From: Leptospiraceae bacterium
Lineage (GTDB): Bacteria; Spirochaetota; Leptospiria; Leptospirales; Leptonemataceae
DNA: 64,000 nucleotides
Direction: 5' to 3'
Assembly: GCA_040217195.1 (NCBI GenBank)
Contig: JAVJNR010000005.1
Span: 544,001 to 608,000 of the forward strand
Below the pieces are notes generated by a model. The model was not told the origin of the DNA. It made no database searches and saw only the letters and a program-made list of their open reading frames with translations. A program made the translations under genes and the position numbers. Below are positions 61,565 through 64,000 of this stretch, in pieces. The stretch's first letter is position 1, and each line of letters opens with the position of its first letter.

Positions 61565-62341
61565 TCACAAAGCGGGAAAATAAAGACTGGAAAATAGATC
61601 ATTTAGATCCCGTTTGCCAGCCAGATAGGCTTTCACGGCCGATTTATGGGGTGAATTCTGAAATGCAGGCCTCTTTTCCGCAGCAAAGTGAAGAAGTATA
61701 TCATGGCTTCGATCCGGGTTTCGGTCCGGTCCGGGAAGGTAATAATGCCGGGCCAGTAATATAAAAGTATCATCGGCCAGATCCGACTCCGGATATCGGT
61801 CCAGCAGATCATAGAACAATGTGGCCGATACATAGCTGTTTCCTCTGTTTTGCGCGTACCTACCTACCTGGTAGAGCAAGGCCGCCGCCTCCGGATCTCC
61901 AGGAAACTGATCGGGATAAACCAGCAGAAGATCCAGGGCCTCTGTGGATGCACCTGCATCCAGTAGCAGAAATCCAGCCGTTCGATAAAGAGCTGGCTGA
62001 AAGGCAGGCGAGGCGCCGGCCAGAAGCTCCCGGAACTGTGCATCGGCCCCCTTCTCTTTTATTCTCATTTCCAGAAGAGCCAGTCGAGCCTGGTCTGCCT
62101 CTTCACTATCCTGGGAAAGTGCTTCATTAAAATATTGCAGCGCAAGTTCCCTGTGACCCAGGGAACGGTGCATTACTCCCTGCCTGTAGGCTGATACCTG
62201 CGCTCCCTGCTCGGCTTGCAGAGAATTAGACAGGACAGAAATGAACAGAGCCAATGCTACCAGTGCAGGACCGGGTAGAATCCTGCCTATTTCGATTCCC
62301 GTTCTTCTTAACGGAGTAGAACTGTGTATTTCAGGAGGCAT
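61565..62341 (-). CDS. Exported TPR protein
   Basis: Signal ending SLQA; QFPGDPEA and RYPESDLAD. Confidence 0.7.
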   Translation of the reverse strand: MPPEIHSSTPLRRTGIEIGRILPGPALVALALFISVLSNSLQAEQGAQVSAYRQGVMHRSLGHRELALQYFNEALSQDSEEADQARLALLEMRIKEKGADAQFRELLAGASPAFQPALYRTAGFLLLDAGASTEALDLLLVYPDQFPGDPEAAALLYQVGRYAQNRGNSYVSATLFYDLLDRYPESDLADDTFILLARHYYLPGPDRNPDRSHDILLHFAAEKRPAFQNSPHKSAVKAYLAGKRDLNDLFSSLYFPAL

Positions 62342-62988
62342 TAATTCTGAGATTTCTCAGGAAGCAGCTGCATATCCTGAAACCCGCCTTCATCTGTATT
62401 GTCCCGGTTCTGGTCGTTGTTTTGCGACCGGGGCTGAACCGGTTTTTCTGATTGGGGCGCCTGCCTTGTTCTTGTAGATTCGTTGGACCGCTCCATGGTC
62501 CGATCCGGCTCGGAAATCATAGGTGGTTCCGCATCCCTGTCAGGGGCCCTGTATTCTGGTTCATTTCGTCTGGGAAAAATAATCTCATCGCTTTCTCCCA
62601 GGAAGGGCGGTAGAGTTTCCGAATCTGGATTGGGATCCCGTTCCTTTAGATCTGCAGATCCAGGCAATGTGGTAACATCTTTGCGCGGCTCTGGAAGAGG
62701 AAGATTATCTATAGCCGAGTTCTCGGGTAAAATTTGATCCGGATCCGGCAACTGAATCTCCGCAGCGTTGTTTCGATTCTCCTCTCTAACTATCTGCTCT
62801 TTGATTCTAGATAGCTGCAGGTCCTGTCCATCCTGAGGGGCTTCGGACTGACCGACAATGCAGGCCCGGTAGGAAATGGCGCCGGCCACCAGAACCCAGA
62901 CCCCTATGAATCCCAGTCGAATGCTTCGAGCCAATTTCTCCGGCATGGAGTGAAATAGTTGATCAATCCATTTAAATACAGTCTGCAC
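62341..62988 (-). CDS. Single-TM protein with Pro-rich disordered tail
   Basis: One hydrophobic helix; 1-bp overlap with next gene. Confidence 0.65.
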   Translation of the reverse strand: MQTVFKWIDQLFHSMPEKLARSIRLGFIGVWVLVAGAISYRACIVGQSEAPQDGQDLQLSRIKEQIVREENRNNAAEIQLPDPDQILPENSAIDNLPLPEPRKDVTTLPGSADLKERDPNPDSETLPPFLGESDEIIFPRRNEPEYRAPDRDAEPPMISEPDRTMERSNESTRTRQAPQSEKPVQPRSQNNDQNRDNTDEGGFQDMQLLPEKSQN

Positions 62989-63036
62989 TATGTTCAGTAT
63001 CGCACCATTTGCGCAGCATACCGAGAAAAAAAATGA

Positions 63037-64000
63037 CTATTTAGCCGGTTGCGCCTGCTCCAGCAAAAAGCCAGTAATAGAGGGATAACAGTCAATGGAT
63101 AGATGGCTGGCATCGTAGTAGTGCTGACAATTCGTTGCCCGGGCTGTATTCAAGTCAGCCGTGGACAATCCGTACCGCTGGGCCAGACGGCTCACTCGCG
63201 TCCACAGGAAGGATACCTTATCCTCTTTTTGATAAACCTCGCGCAAATAGGGATTCACCCGTGGCCAGAATACCACTGCTGGTATGTTGGCTTCATCGAT
63301 GAGGCGCATGGTACGCTCCAGGTAGAACATCTGCTCTTCGGATACCGTAAAGGCTTTGAGATAAAGTGACACCAGGGTTTCGGTCTCTTTTTTCAGATCC
63401 TCAGGACTCATTACACCGAACCATCCGTACTGGGCTCCACCCAGTTGATCCAGTACATCGATTTGCGGCGATGTGTGAAAATCATATATAGAAAGGTTCT
63501 CCGAACTGGCCTGCGCAAGAGAGAGATATTGCGCTCTTTGGGCATCGCTCAATTCCTTTCCCTGCAAAAAAGGCTGAAGTTTGGCCAGGGGATCTTTCGA
63601 GGAAAGACTGCCACGTATGCGACGAATTAAAGTGCGAATGGAAAACTGCATTCCAACGATGGCAAATCGCCGGCTATTCGCATAAGTATCCAGGTCATGG
63701 TCCGGAATCTGGGTATGATAGCTTTTAATGAATTCTGTATCAACCCCATAATTCAGGACTGGACTGGCAAAAATCCCTGCATTTCTTCCCAGGGCATCCG
63801 GCGAAAGTCCCAGAATTATCGCATCTGGTTTCCGGTCCGACTGCAATATTCGTTCAAGAATAAATAGATGATAGGCAGGCACTGCCTGGGGCCCGGCAAA
63901 GTTCCAAATCTTTACATCGGTTTTTCCGGCCAGCTCAGCCATGGAAGTGCCAATGCCAAAACTTCGGGAATCGCCCAGCACCACAACGGTACGCTCCCTC
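63037..64000 (-). CDS. SGNH-like DUF1574 protein, 5' end beyond the right edge
   Basis: VLGDSRS, WNFAGP, YDASHLS; frame open to window end. Confidence 0.8.
   Translation of the reverse strand, partial: RERTVVVLGDSRSFGIGTSMAELAGKTDVKIWNFAGPQAVPAYHLFILERILQSDRKPDAIILGLSPDALGRNAGIFASPVLNYGVDTEFIKSYHTQIPDHDLDTYANSRRFAIVGMQFSIRTLIRRIRGSLSSKDPLAKLQPFLQGKELSDAQRAQYLSLAQASSENLSIYDFHTSPQIDVLDQLGGAQYGWFGVMSPEDLKKETETLVSLYLKAFTVSEEQMFYLERTMRLIDEANIPAVVFWPRVNPYLREVYQKEDKVSFLWTRVSRLAQRYGLSTADLNTARATNCQHYYDASHLSIDCYPSITGFLLEQAQPAK

Overview
A 64-kb stretch of ordinary chromosome, most likely from a free-living Leptospiraceae (spirochete). This is inferred from Leptospira-type gene families: a giant 'longest-protein'-like ORF, an LA_2272-type repeat protein, a HAMP-SpoIIE phosphatase, a double cNMP-binding protein and DUF1574. 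A choline-to-betaine operon hints at a saline habitat. I saw no rRNA, tRNA, cas gene, transposase or integrase. Recognisable modules are oxyR/ahpC/ahpF, an NmlR/AdhR-type MerR with its operator and a DJ-1/PfpI gene, a split PPK2 pair, folM-like/folK, SSS transporter-betB-betA, rpiA plus a PLP enzyme, the methylmalonyl-CoA mutase operon with meaB, and chrA. The most notable items are not in the ORF track or look atypical: (1) an uninterrupted minus-strand ORF of at least 2119 codons (6359 to the left edge) encoding a secreted acidic coiled-coil giant protein behind three exported-protein genes; (2) two tandem structured non-coding units at 54461-54873 that show GGA in hairpin loops (Csr/Rsm-sRNA-like) and are delimited by a 17-bp direct repeat overlapping the stop codon of the adjacent gene; (3) two related REP/BIME-like tandem palindrome arrays at about 8.9 kb and 54.3 kb; (4) a divergent LpxC paralog with HKxxD changed to HExxD; (5) a long multi-hairpin leader before the betaine operon. 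All family assignments come from motif recognition by eye, not database searches.
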